From Tubiluchus corallicola (taxonomy: Eukaryota; Animalia; Priapulida), in assembly GCA_030141605.1 (NCBI GenBank), contig JAQGDQ010000460.1, forward strand, positions 62,001 through 126,000: a stretch of DNA of 64,000 bases, read 5' to 3'. Positions within the stretch are counted from its first letter, which is position 1. Every line of letters starts with the position of its first letter. Both the position numbers and the translations under genes were made by a program. Under the pieces are notes generated by a model. That model was not told the DNA's origin and searched no databases. It saw only the letters and a list, made by a program, of their open reading frames with translations. Shown piece by piece: positions 14,101 through 27,300 of this stretch.

Positions 14101-17100
14101 CATCTAAAATTAATAACTTCTTTGTGTTCTCATCTGCTTTACCTGAAACAGAAATCTCAGGCATTTACATCACATAAACTACATCAAAGGCCCCTGTTCA
14201 TTGCAGTCATCTATGCAGCATCAAAGTGACTTATCTAGACAGTTAATTTCAACGGTTCATAGTCAGTCCATTCTACGACTGTCCACACAATAGCATCAGT
14301 GCACAATATCTTGTCAAGGCCAGATTAGAACAGTGCCAATACGATGCTTGTTCAGTTTGCGAAAATTACACAAAGCACCTTTATATCATTCAAGAAAGAC
14401 AGACGAAATAAAGACCATCCAGTTCCTTTACAGTTGCACACTTTATGGCTAAAATAACGGATTCGGTTACTAACCCACTTCACCACATTTTATGGCTAAA
14501 ATAACGGATACGGTTACTAACCCACGTCACCACATTTTATGGCTAAAATAACGGATACAGTTACTAACCCATTCCACCACATTTTAAGGCTAAAATAACG
14601 GATACGTTTACTAACCCACGTCACCATTTGACAAATTTCCATTAGTCAGATCACCATTGGCCATCGGGCCATTGCACAACCTTCCCATGTGCTTATCATT
14701 TGGGGAGTCAATGGCGCACGCCCGCGCGATGGCCTTGAGCAGGTTCTCGTCCTGGGTGCTCCTCCAACCCAACCATCCCACCTCCGGTTGACTACAGCGA
14801 CATATCACAGCTCCGGTACGTTGATGCCTGCAAACGTGGGACAAAGACGATGTATGATAAACTTGATTCATGCGACACAATAACATCGTAACAACATGGA
14901 AACTAACCTCATAGTCAAACCTCTTCCAATGTGTACAGCCCCTACAGTGTTGACATTCGGGGAATGAATTTGCGACATTCTAAACACGTCATCTACTAAT
15001 TATTACAAAATACAGACGATTATCACATATTTTAGCAATGTTTACAGGGTTCCCACAGAATTTTAAAATAATATTTTCTGATTTTTCCATGACCAAATAT
15101 TGATTTTCCATGACCAAAATAAGCAGAAATTGCATTCCCAGTAGACATATTCAAACATTTTTGTGTATGGACATTCAAACATATACTAATATAATGTATC
15201 AGCCAATCATTATTTTTGGAACAGAAATCGAAACTGGGAGCCTGCCATAGCAAAATTTTACATGAATCGCTGAAAAATATGTTTGGAAAAATATTGGTTC
15301 CCGGTGATCATTTTTGCAACCCGTTGCAATTTTCCCGACTTTTCGTCCCATTTTCATCATTTTCCCTGGCTTTTTCCAAAATTATCTTTTCCCCCGACTT
15401 TTACGTGGCTTTCCAGGATAGCCTGCATTTTCAAGGATTTTCCAGGATTTTCCCTGACCGTGGAAACCCTGTGTTTAGATGTAAAACGGAATCTGTTTCA
15501 TGGAAACCCATACATACTTATACAGATTCAATAAAAAAATTCCGCCCTTATGGGGCCCTATCAAATCTTTCTAAAAGTAACGAGAAACCAGCACGATACA
15601 GATGACTGGACGCATCAATTAACAAGTCAGCCATTACTGCTATACGCACGCTACTTGACAGTCTCGCTGTCAACGTACCTCCACACAACAGATGGAATCC
15701 GATGTAGAGCTCTGAATGAAGCAACGAGTTCCAGGTCAGCGTCGTTGATGCACGAAGGGATAATATGATACTTCGGATACGAAGAACACAGCCTGCAAAA
15801 ACATAATTACTGGCACACGTGCATTGTAAAATTTGATATTATCCACAAAAGATACAGCTTAAATTAGGTAAGTATACAATAACTAAGTAGTGACTGCTAA
15901 GTGTTAAACCAATGAAAAGTACAGAAACGTGGTGCAAATCCATAACAGCTGATGCCTGATTTCCAATCCTCGTAAACAGAAAAGTGTCCTTTCTGTACAC
16001 TGTCTGCCTCTCACACATGTACACATTCAGAAAGCCATCATTTTTAGCACAATTAGCCCAATGGTTAATTAACTGAAGGAGGCAGACTAGATTATTTTAT
16101 TTTTGTTTCCTGAATCAGGGATGAGGATGACAAATTGCAAAAAACTCTGAAAGGTCCCCAAGGGGGTTCAACGGGGCGAAGCAACAAATTGCAATTTTGT
16201 GACCATAGAGCCTCTAAGTGGACTTAGCTTGTATCTAATTTATTGTTAATAGCTTGTTTCTTGATAATAGCTTGTAGCTAATATCAATTACTTTGTTTCA
16301 TGCATAATTTAAAATACCCAACTATCAAGGATACATGATACCTAATTGTCTCAAAAACGCCTAAGTACTGGCTGCTCCTATGCAAAAGTATATAAAAACT
16401 GTCTGCATTTGACTCAAATAACTTTGCACAATTGATTCTAAATATTTATACATAGAGATATACACGTGGTTACACTGATGTACATAATGTAAACAAAGTT
16501 GACGGCCTGCCAACTAGCGGTCAGCTGGTGAAATAATGTACTAGGTCTGTAAAAATTTTCTCAACGAATTTACGCGATTTACAAAACTGGCACTACTGGT
16601 CTTCCAAAAACTCGGAATTCTAAGTATCCGCGGAAAATTCTCATCTCTGCTGAATGTGCAATAAACATGAATAAATATGATGCACATACATCAACAGAAC
16701 AAGTTATTACAGTTTAGAGAGAGGGTGGCGACAAAACCATATAGGTTACCGAATCAGCCGCCCTTCTTATCAAAATTAATAGAAAGTCTTAAGCGGCAGC
16801 TGAATGTAGATTTAACATAAGCTTGAATAGGAACAAGAAAATTTAAGCTCGATTCAGTGCTTACTATCATAATAAATATTTGGAAAAATACTTTACGCTA
16901 GAAAGGAGAAAGGCGGCACTAAAACTGTGAGCCACCCCACACACACATGCTTACACGATCACTAAATACTTTATGCCAGAAAGGAGGCACTAAAAACTGT
17001 GAGCCACCCCCCACACACACACTCACAACGATCACTAAGTACTTTATGCCAGAAAGGAGAAAGGAGGCACTAAAGACTGTGAGCCACACCCCCCAGACAC

Positions 17101-20100
17101 ACGCTCACTAAATACTTTATGCCAGAAAGGAGAAAGGAGGCACTAAAAACTGTGACCCACCCACACACACACTCACAACGACCACTAAGTACTTTATGCC
17201 AGAAAGGAAAAAGGAGGCACTAAAAACTGTGAGAACTCCACACATGCGCTCACACGATCACTAAATACTTTATGCCAGAAAGGAAAAAGGAGGCACTAAA
17301 AACTGTGAGCCAACCCCCCACACACGCTCACACGATCACTAAATACTTTATGCCACAAAGGAAAAAGGAGGCACTAAAAACTGTGAGCCAATCCCCACAT
17401 ACACGCTCACTAAATACTTTATGCCAGAAAGGAAAAAGGAGGCACTAAAAACTGTGAGCCAACCCCCACACACGCTCACACGATATCACTAAATACTTTA
17501 TGCCAGAAAGGAGAAAGGAGGCACTAAAAACTGTGAGCCACCCCCCCCCCACACACACACACACATGCCCACACGATCACTAAATACTTTATGCCAGAAA
17601 GGAGAAAGGAGGCACTAAAAACTGTGACCCACCCCACACGATCACTAAATGCTTTATGCCAGAAAGGAGAAAGGAGGCACTAAAAACTGTGAGCACTCCA
17701 CACACACGCTCACACGATCACTAAATACTTTATGCCAGAAAGGAGAAAGGAGGCACTAAAAACTGTGACCCACCCCACACACACGCCCACACGATCACTA
17801 AATACTTTACGCCAGAAAGGAGAAAGGAGGCACTAAAAACTGTGAGACAGCCGCCCCCCCCCCACACGATCACTAAATACTTTATGCCAGAAAGGAGAAC
17901 GGAGGCACTAAAAACTGAGCCAGTCCCCCCCCCCACACACACACATGCCCACACGATCACTAAATACTTAATGCCAGAAAGGAGAAAGGAGGCACTAAAA
18001 ACGGTGAGCCAACCCCCCACACACGCTCACACTTCCACAACTTTTTCCAGTTCACAGCCCGTGTTTTTATTTAGGCACAAGTTATCACCTAATTTCTAAA
18101 TTAAAAATGTTACTTGTAGTATTAACAAGAAAATGACAAAAAAACAAAATGTAATTAAAGTCAAGAAGAAACGGTTAAACACGACAATGGCACAATTACT
18201 CACTTGTAATTGGAGTTCAACTCACAGATTCTCCAAGTATTGCTCTGACACTTATTAAAACCCATTCTTTCGTACTCGATGTAGAAGTCGTACGGCATTT
18301 CTGTAAAATTGGCAATCGCGTAACCATGGCAACAACAGTATATTAAGTGGTTTATATAAATATAGCAATTCACGGCTAACGCAACACCATATCAACTTTA
18401 AATAAAGCCATAAAGCGAGCTCTCGGTTAACATTAACGGCATGCAAAGCTTCAAATCCTAAGTACTGCATAGCAGAAGGACAGGTTATGGCTTCATAAAC
18501 GAGAAACAAAATGCACAAAATTTGACAAGTGTGTTACGATGCGAGCAAAACCGGGATTGTACGCCGTTCCAGAATGTGCTGCCAAAATCTCTGAACATGG
18601 ATTGGCAACATTTTTTCTCTTTTTCTCTATTTGCTACAAGGAAGAAATCTCGGGCCTGCTCTGTCATGTTGAACTGGTAGGTGAGGTGGCAACGGCATGG
18701 GCGGTCTAATCTCAGGTCACGGGTTCAAATCATGACTGGTTACAATTTTTCCAGGCAGTTTATAGGCAGCATTTTACTGCATTGAAAAATATGGCTAAAA
18801 CGCTAAAAATCGTCACAATAGATTAATTGTGATATCGAATTACAAGAACAAGAATGTAATCGAATTACAAAAATTTCAAAGTCTCTCATTACAAAATGAA
18901 GTTATACTAACCCTGAGCCAAAGGCAGTGAGTCTAGATGAGTTTTTTCCGTGCACCAGGTATAAAAGGCAAAAGCAAAATAATCTTCAGTCTTCGCACGC
19001 GGGCTGGTGGCTGAGACTATGTGATTCTGCCACTCTAAGCATTGATCTTTCAACTGCTGACCAAATAAACATCTGAAAATGTAAATGAAGATGTTTAACC
19101 ACTAAAATATGACTAACATATTAAGAATTTAGCACAGGTACATGTACAGAGAGTTACACAAAACTTTGCAAACAAAACAAGTGCAAGGGGCACACTACTG
19201 GTGGTGGGTCTGTCTCCATTAAGAGTTGTGTAGTAAGGGAGATTTTTGCATGTGATTAAACAAGTGAGAATGATGCCTGTGTGTGATTAAACACGTGAGC
19301 ATGATGCCCATGTGAGACTAAACAAGTGAGCATGATGCTTGTGTGTTTGACTAAACAAGTGAGCATGATGCCTGTGTGATTAAACAGTGAGCATGATGCT
19401 TGTGTGAGTTTATAAAATGAGCATGATGCCTGTGTGATTAAACAATGCACGTGACACCTGTGTGATTAAACAATGCTCATGCCACCTGTGTGATTAAACA
19501 ATGAGCATGACACCTGTGTGATTAAACAATGTGCATGACACCTGTGTGATTAAACAATGCTCATGCCACCTGTGTGATTAAACAATGAGCATGACACCTG
19601 TGTGATTAAACAATGCGCATGACACCTGTGTGATTAAACAATGAGCATGATGCGTGGCTTTAACTTGTGTATTTTTGCAGGAACCCTTTCATTTGAATGA
19701 GGCCTTACAAGGTTTCAGATATGCGGTCAGTGCTGCACAGAGAGGGACAGCACTGGCATGGATTGTTAAGACCCCTATTAGCGATGGGCGTATTCGATTA
19801 CTTTGAGTACTCTCCCGCAAGTCTCTGAAAGCGATTATGTTACTAAGGAATAAAATGCTAAATGATCACTTTTATGTTCACGAGTTTACAATAATTTGAA
19901 TTAGGAAAAATACGAAGTGTGTTTGAAACAATTGTAGACACTCTAAAGCACAAAGCTCACAAAGTCACATTTCTAGTGAAATTTAGCATGCACAGCTTTC
20001 CATAGTCACACTCGCTGGTAATCAAATGACAACGGGCAATCTGAGCAATCGATTACTGAAAAAAAGTAATCGGTAATCACGACTACTTGAAATAGGTGCA

Positions 20101-21186
20101 TCGCCTACCAGTACTCACTGCTGAGCGAGCTTTTGTATGCCACCTTTATAACTGAATCTTTGACTTGGCAAATCTGAGTGGGGGCGTGGGTGGACGTCAC
20201 CTATCCTAGTGCGCCTGTACTTTCTTTACTTAAACCATCAGCAGATCGCTATTGCATACAGATCAATTACATTATCAGAGTAACTTACCACAGCTAACTA
20301 CATTGATGCAGCGTATTTGCATAGCCTACATTTTGCTGGCTATACGTCAGCACACGGCAATTAGCAAGCATTAACTGATGGACAGCCGACATGGGAGATG
20401 ATGCAGAGGTAATAAAAACAGAAGCAATACCAAAAGTTGATACCGTTAAATGAGTGTGACTTAAGCTGATTAAAGGACTAAAAACCTTTTACGTACATAA
20501 CGCTAAAAAATTCCTCTTGAAATTTTGTATTACAGTATGTCCTCGTTTAACGTGGCTAATGCATTCCAGGCAAAACGCAACGTTAAGAAAAGCGTCGTTA
20601 AACGAAAAACCAAAACGTCCATAGTAAGTAATGTAGAAGAACTGAGATACGTTCCAGAAGCAAAAATCAATGCTGCTTAAATCATATGATTTAAACATTT
20701 TATGAGTTTATTTATGGTTTCTACCAATTAATTTCTTTCTGCTTCCTTAAAAGGTGTCAAATGTTCAGTGTCGTGAAAACGAAACGTCGCTAAACGGGGA
20801 GTTGTTAAGCGAGGACTTACTGTACTTACATCCTGTCTTATTGCACACATAGCTATTATTAGCAGTAATGCAGTATTCGATGTAGACTTCGAATCATTAG
20901 GTTCAATACTCTCTTGCAATAAAGCATTTAAAATTTGTTATAATTAGCTTCCATACTGTCGTGCAATAAAGGATTTACAATTTGTTATCTTTTCTGGAAG
21001 CGTTTGAATAGTGTGTATATACATTTAAGTCACATTACTTTATGTGAATTAATAGTTTAATAATCAAGTTGTGTTTGGATATCTTGTACTATAATGTTGT
21101 AAACTCTGTGAACTAATTCTTGCTAAATGTATGTTGTTGTAAAAAAATTAGTCAATAAATACTACTACTACTACTAACTACTACTG

Positions 21187-21255
<69 letters not shown>

Positions 21256-21352
21256 ACTACTACTAACTACTACTACTAACTACTACTACTAACTACTACT
21301 ACTAACTACTACTACTGCTACTACTACTACTAACTACTAACTACTGCTACTA

Positions 21353-21391
<39 letters not shown>

Positions 21392-24300
21392 ACTGCTACT
21401 GCTACTGCTACTGCTACTGCTACTGCTACTACTACTACTACTACTAAGGAACTTGTAAATTTAAACTTCTGCATTGACTGTTAGGCTCAGTCATTTTGAT
21501 GGTTTGTCATTTCAAACAAGTGTTAATGGCTTTCCATAAATTTTGAAAAATAATCAGAATATTAATAACTCACACTTTACTAGCTAAGCAAAAGAAAAAA
21601 TATATATTTATCTTGTCAGTAAGATTAACAATATGTTTTTTGGTGAGTCAGGGGTGCACACTGGGCAAGTGAGACAGGTTTTACCAATTGGCATGAACGT
21701 TTAAATTACTAAGAATTCTCATTTCTAGTTAGGTAACCATTTCAAACAGGTAAGCATAATGCTACGTAATATAACTTTGTATGGAAAGTTTTTTGGAACA
21801 TACTTTAAAATTGTCATTTCTTCCTCTTTAAAGCAGCTGCGGAATGAAAACAACACGCTCGTTACCGTTATAGAAATTTAAAAAGCAAAAGAAAGTTCAT
21901 TGTGAGAATTTACCAGAGATCTTCATCTTTTCAAAGTTATTTAAACTCTTGCTTAGTTAGTGAAGAGTGTGCTACGAATGCTTTGATTATTTTTTCAAAC
22001 TTTACGCAACGTTATCTAAGCTTTTTTCAAACGACCTGCAATTAGAATGTCTGCACCTAACAGTCATTGCAAGAGTTTAAATTTACAAGTTTTATACAGC
22101 GTTACTACTAGTGCAAGCTCTGTGTGCAATAAGACAGGATGTAGGTGATACAAAATTTCAAGACAACTTTTTTAACTTTATGTATGCAAAGGGTTTACTT
22201 GGCCTATAATGTTTTTAGAGCCTAAACTGTTTTTACATTGCTTTTACACAAGTTTATTTATTGATCAGACAGTCATTAAGCAGATCTAGCTGTGACCCCT
22301 CAGCCATAGATAATGCACTGCTCGCTATGGAGGGATCTAACTGTGATCCCTCAGCTATAGATAATGCAGCGCTCGCTATGGAGGGACCTAACTGTGACCC
22401 CTCAGCCAAAGATAATAGATAGTGCAGTGCTTGCTGTGGAGGGATCTAACTGTGACCCCTCAGCCACAGATAATAGATAATGCAGTGCTTGCTGTGGAGG
22501 GGGTGCAAGCACAAAACCTCTCTCAAATACAAGCACATAATTCTAAAAACTATCACGATGAAAGGTGTCTAGACTCCAGACTCTGTATACAAAGATACTA
22601 GAATGTAGTAGAAAGTATTAAAATAAGTATTACAGCCCGAAAACAGGAAATCTGATCGCTGTACAGGCTACATCCAGGGTTATGAAATTTTAACAATTAT
22701 ATTAAACGCCTGGCTGTCCTTTTTAACGACCCAGCAAATAGCTGGCTATCAGAACTGCAGCAGCAAACCAACGCGTTCCAGGAAGTCTGCGTTCACAAAG
22801 CATTCAAGGTTGCACGCCTATACATCTTTCAGCTTCACTAACCTTGCTTAAACAAATAAACACCTTTTGTGAAAAAAAGCTTACCTTGGTAAAGTACGGA
22901 CTACTGAATGAACTAATGTATACTCTGCTGTTATTTCTGTAAAGCAAGTGTTTTGGCTATGGATTTGCGTGGGTTCTGTAATGGCGTTCACTGCCAGCAG
23001 CCCACACGATATTTTCGCAATGCCATAATAATAATAATAATAAAGTGTTCGACAGGCGCGTGAAATCATTTACCCTCCATTAACTACATGAATCTAGGCC
23101 GGCAATTATACAAGCAACATCAGACAGGAATCCAAAGAACATTTTATTGATCGGGCAAATGCCGGTACAGATAGACTGTCAGACACTGTCGGCATGATGC
23201 TGACGATGCACTTATTCTATTAGCCCTACATCACCAGCATACACAGTACACAACATATTAACCAATCTGTTTGGGTTAGGCTTAAAATCAATATTAAAAA
23301 CCACGAACTCTTTATCATCAAACCTAAATTTGTTCCCTAGTCCTACTTTATTAAAGGAAAACCGGACAAATGTGTAGACATTAGTTCAAAATAAAGCATG
23401 CTCTAAAATATTGAAAACTACAACAGCTTTTTTTAAATCAAAGCTTAGATTAAATAATTATTATCTCAGATAGTTAAATTCTGTTAAACTTTCAAAGCTA
23501 TGCGAGGCCCAGTGAACTCACAAACATTGACAATGGTGCCTTTTTGTCACATTCGAGTGGCCGACTATTACGTGCACTTTCATGACAAGCATAATCGTAC
23601 ACTGCTGTGTTCGTCTGTGATGTCAATGTGACGTAGAACTCGTTTTCGTGACATCGCATCAGCATCTTATAGCAACCTTCGCTTACGCAAACGTGTGATG
23701 CACAGGGAAGATGCCTACCATTCCATAAACTGTGGTTAGTTTGTGAAGTAAGAAATAGCTGTGTCTGTTGGCAGTTAATTAACTTTCCAAGGTAAGAAAT
23801 GCTAGCCTTACAGGCAAGAAAACGCATATTTTGGACAGTAAATTAAAATGAGATTGAGTCTAATCAATCGTTCGGTTTTCCTTTAACATTTGTTAGGATA
23901 CAAACTGCAGACAACAATTAGGCTGTCCTAGCATGCCCAAAGGCATCCACTGATGGTACTGTAACATTTAAAACAAATTGTATTTATGAATTCCAGAGAA
24001 ATAAATAATTTTACCTATCCTAATATCTACCCTGATTGTACTGTTATCATTAAGTGGAGGTAAAATTATCCAAGCAGAATTAGCTACTCTGGCAGGTGAT
24101 AGTCAGAAGTCGCATTATGCATAACTCACTTGACCAACAGTTTTACTTCACCGAATCACAGCTAGCCCATAAAGAAGGCCGCTACCTACCTAAACGATCT
24201 GCCATCTTTAGCAAAGATGAACATCTGACAATTTGTCATGTCCTTGATTTCCACGGAGTCGATGAGGCCCAGCGGGACGTTCACGTAAGAATTGTTACCG

Positions 24301-27300
24301 TATCTGATCACCAGACGATAGTTCGACAGGGCTATGACTCCGTCCAGACACTTTCCGTGATGGACAGTGGTCTCGCCACATAGCGGGGGAAACAGTGTGG
24401 CGGCCAGCGAAGGAAGGTCAATGCATTCTAAGCTCGGCGCCTCGCCGTCGTCGTCACCGTTTTCCAGCTGAAAGCAAATTACATAGTGAAGCACATTAAC
24501 ATAATTTAATTAAGAATTGGACATGGTTAATAAGGTTCAACATAAAATTAAAAGCGATAAAAGTTGTGAGAAGCAGCAAATAAGAAAATCTAATTAAACA
24601 ACAGCAATGTTATATTATAACCTACAGGCAATACTGATCGACGTTAGTGTACGTATTATATCTTAGAATAACGTGTAAGTAGATTTAAATGCGAGTTTGT
24701 TTTAAAATGTTTTAAAGGCAGACAGACGTACAGATAGAAAATTCTCCGTAAAGATAATTTTCAAAAAATGTAGTTCGAAAAATTATGCAAAATCACAAAG
24801 CTAAGCAATTCAACAGCATTCCTTAATTCAGGAATTTCTACAGTTGCATAAATTTATTTCATTATGTACTACCATAAATGTCTATTGAGATTTTAAAAAA
24901 AAAATCAATAAGTATATTGTATATTGTTATTTTGATTTAGAGCTTATCTTTACATGCAAATAAAGATGGTGGACATATATATATATTTATATATACATAT
25001 TCTACCATCTTAAAAATTCTGACAACATAAAACATCAGGCTAAATAAAGAATATTGAAGCAAAGGTACAATGGTACACTGATGCAATACACAATAAAGTA
25101 CTTAGCAAATATTTATCGTATCGCTTTTGTTAAACATACATTTATCAATTCCTGCAGATTCACAAATTGATTGCTTAAGACAGCAGTGGTTAATATACAA
25201 CCATCTTTTGAGTAACAAATTGATTATTTAAGGCAACAATTGTTAATCTGTCAACTGTTAATTGTTAATTTTTAACGAACTAGCATGCGATGTATTTTGT
25301 TCTTATTCTCATTTAGTCATTAATCAGTGAAAAGCAAAACAGATGAAGTAGAATTAATCAAGAACTTCCAAGGACAGTTCCCTACAAACTTCCCCTGTTT
25401 GCATAATATTAAATATTTCGCAACATATGATTTTGATTTGCATGTAAATGGTAATGATGATATTCTTGGATTTTTATAATTATAATATTAGCTTAACATT
25501 ATTGCATTTATATTTTGTTAGGATTTTGCACAAATTTTTGTTTTACGTACTTTTAATACGTTCATAAAATGCATGTTTTCTTGTTATTGAGTATATTGAG
25601 TTATTACTAAAATTCCTTAAATTCGATGTACATGCAAATTATGCTATATTTAGCATGCTAGTACAATTCATTTCTTTATTATTTCTTTTTTTGCTCATTT
25701 AGAATGTGAAATTTCGTTTTTGGCGCTTTTCTTTTATGTTATATAGATGTAAACAAGTGCATAATTCAATATTTCATTATTTTTGATTAGTTACCATCTG
25801 CACTGCATGAGGAATATTTATAACAGAACTGAGTTGGGTTGGCTGATACGATAACCCATGTTCTTCGCCACCCCTTCCCATTTGATTGGCTATTATAATT
25901 ATGCTACTAAGCTTTAATCGATGTTGTATGAGGGAAAAACAATAAATGATTTGATTTGATTTTGTAAATACAATAATTTTCCTTGAACGTGCTGCTAACA
26001 TTGTTACACTGATTGTACTGCTATCATATTAGCCTGTATTATACTGGCATTGCACAATTTGATTCGTACAGTACAGTTCTTAGGCCCATGAAATGAAATT
26101 CTGACCTTGTAGTGGGTCATCTGCTTGCAAGCAGTGCCCTTGACCACTTGACCGTTCGTTTCTTTTAAACTGTTGAAATGTTGTGAAAACCATGTACGGT
26201 TTTTTCATGAACACTGTGTTTGTGTTCATAGTTTTGGTTGCAAAGTAAAAGTAAATAAATTTGTTGTTATTATTGTTGTCACTACATTTTACATGCTTGC
26301 TGAGTGATTTGGTAATGTATGTTTTTTATTATGTTCATAATCATACTGTAGAACAGAAAGACAGACAAATGCAATTACTGACAAAACACCAGAATTGTAA
26401 CCATATTTTAGCAAACAGAATACAAAGTTTGTTTAATTGCAGCATTCATAACTAAATAACGTATCAGCACTTTCAGTGCTTTCATGTGATCATAACTGAC
26501 ACTTTCAGTCTAATACTGACCTCTAGGCACAAAGATTAAAACAAAACCCTAAGTTCTCGATCAAACCTTAACAAATGGATTCCCCAGGATTCAGCGCCAT
26601 ATTGAAAGCAATACACTTCAAACATTCCCAAAATGCTTGAGCAAAAAACAAGCAATTCAAACCATCTAAGGATTGCCAAAAAACAACATGGCGGCAAAAA
26701 TGAGAAGACAAAATAGACATAACAGAATGGATCTTTCTAATGAAAATAAGCTTTATATTCTGCCTTCAGTCATTTACAGATCACAAATCTATGAATCATC
26801 GTATGATTCATCGAATCAGCATTAATTTTGTTAATGTCAGCAGAAAACTACATACGTGTAAAGAGAAGTGCATATTAATGCGGTCACAGCTTCCGTACGA
26901 CTTAATCGCTTTCTGAGTCACGTGCAATTTCTCTGGTCGATAACGAACGACAAACTTCTGTTGACGTTTATACCTTCGACGACACAAAAAACAAATCAGC
27001 AGCAGGTAATCGGACAACAGACCGAAAATCATGATGCCATACTTGTCCGAGAATCTCTGTTTCAGTTCCTTCAACTCACACTTCGCAACAAGTTTCACAA
27101 TGATACTCGTTACCGGGATCTGTCGTTAAGATTTTTCTCAAATATCCATTAAAATCCAGAAACATACTACTATTGAGCCAATTTTTTCACATATTTTCAG
27201 AAAATTAAAATTTCAGATCTTTCAGTGACATATAACCAACGTCAAATGTTTCTTTGCAATAAACACACTCCGACTCTGGACAATGAATTTTTTTGTTCTG

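Noticed and set aside
16900-18032. CRISPR array
   Set aside because: Spacers are low-complexity C/CA runs related to each other, the repeat is too long, there are no cas genes, and the context is a eukaryotic intron.
18668-18745. Functional tRNA gene
   Set aside because: A/B-box-like motifs only; acceptor and anticodon stems do not pair, so it is treated as a SINE head.
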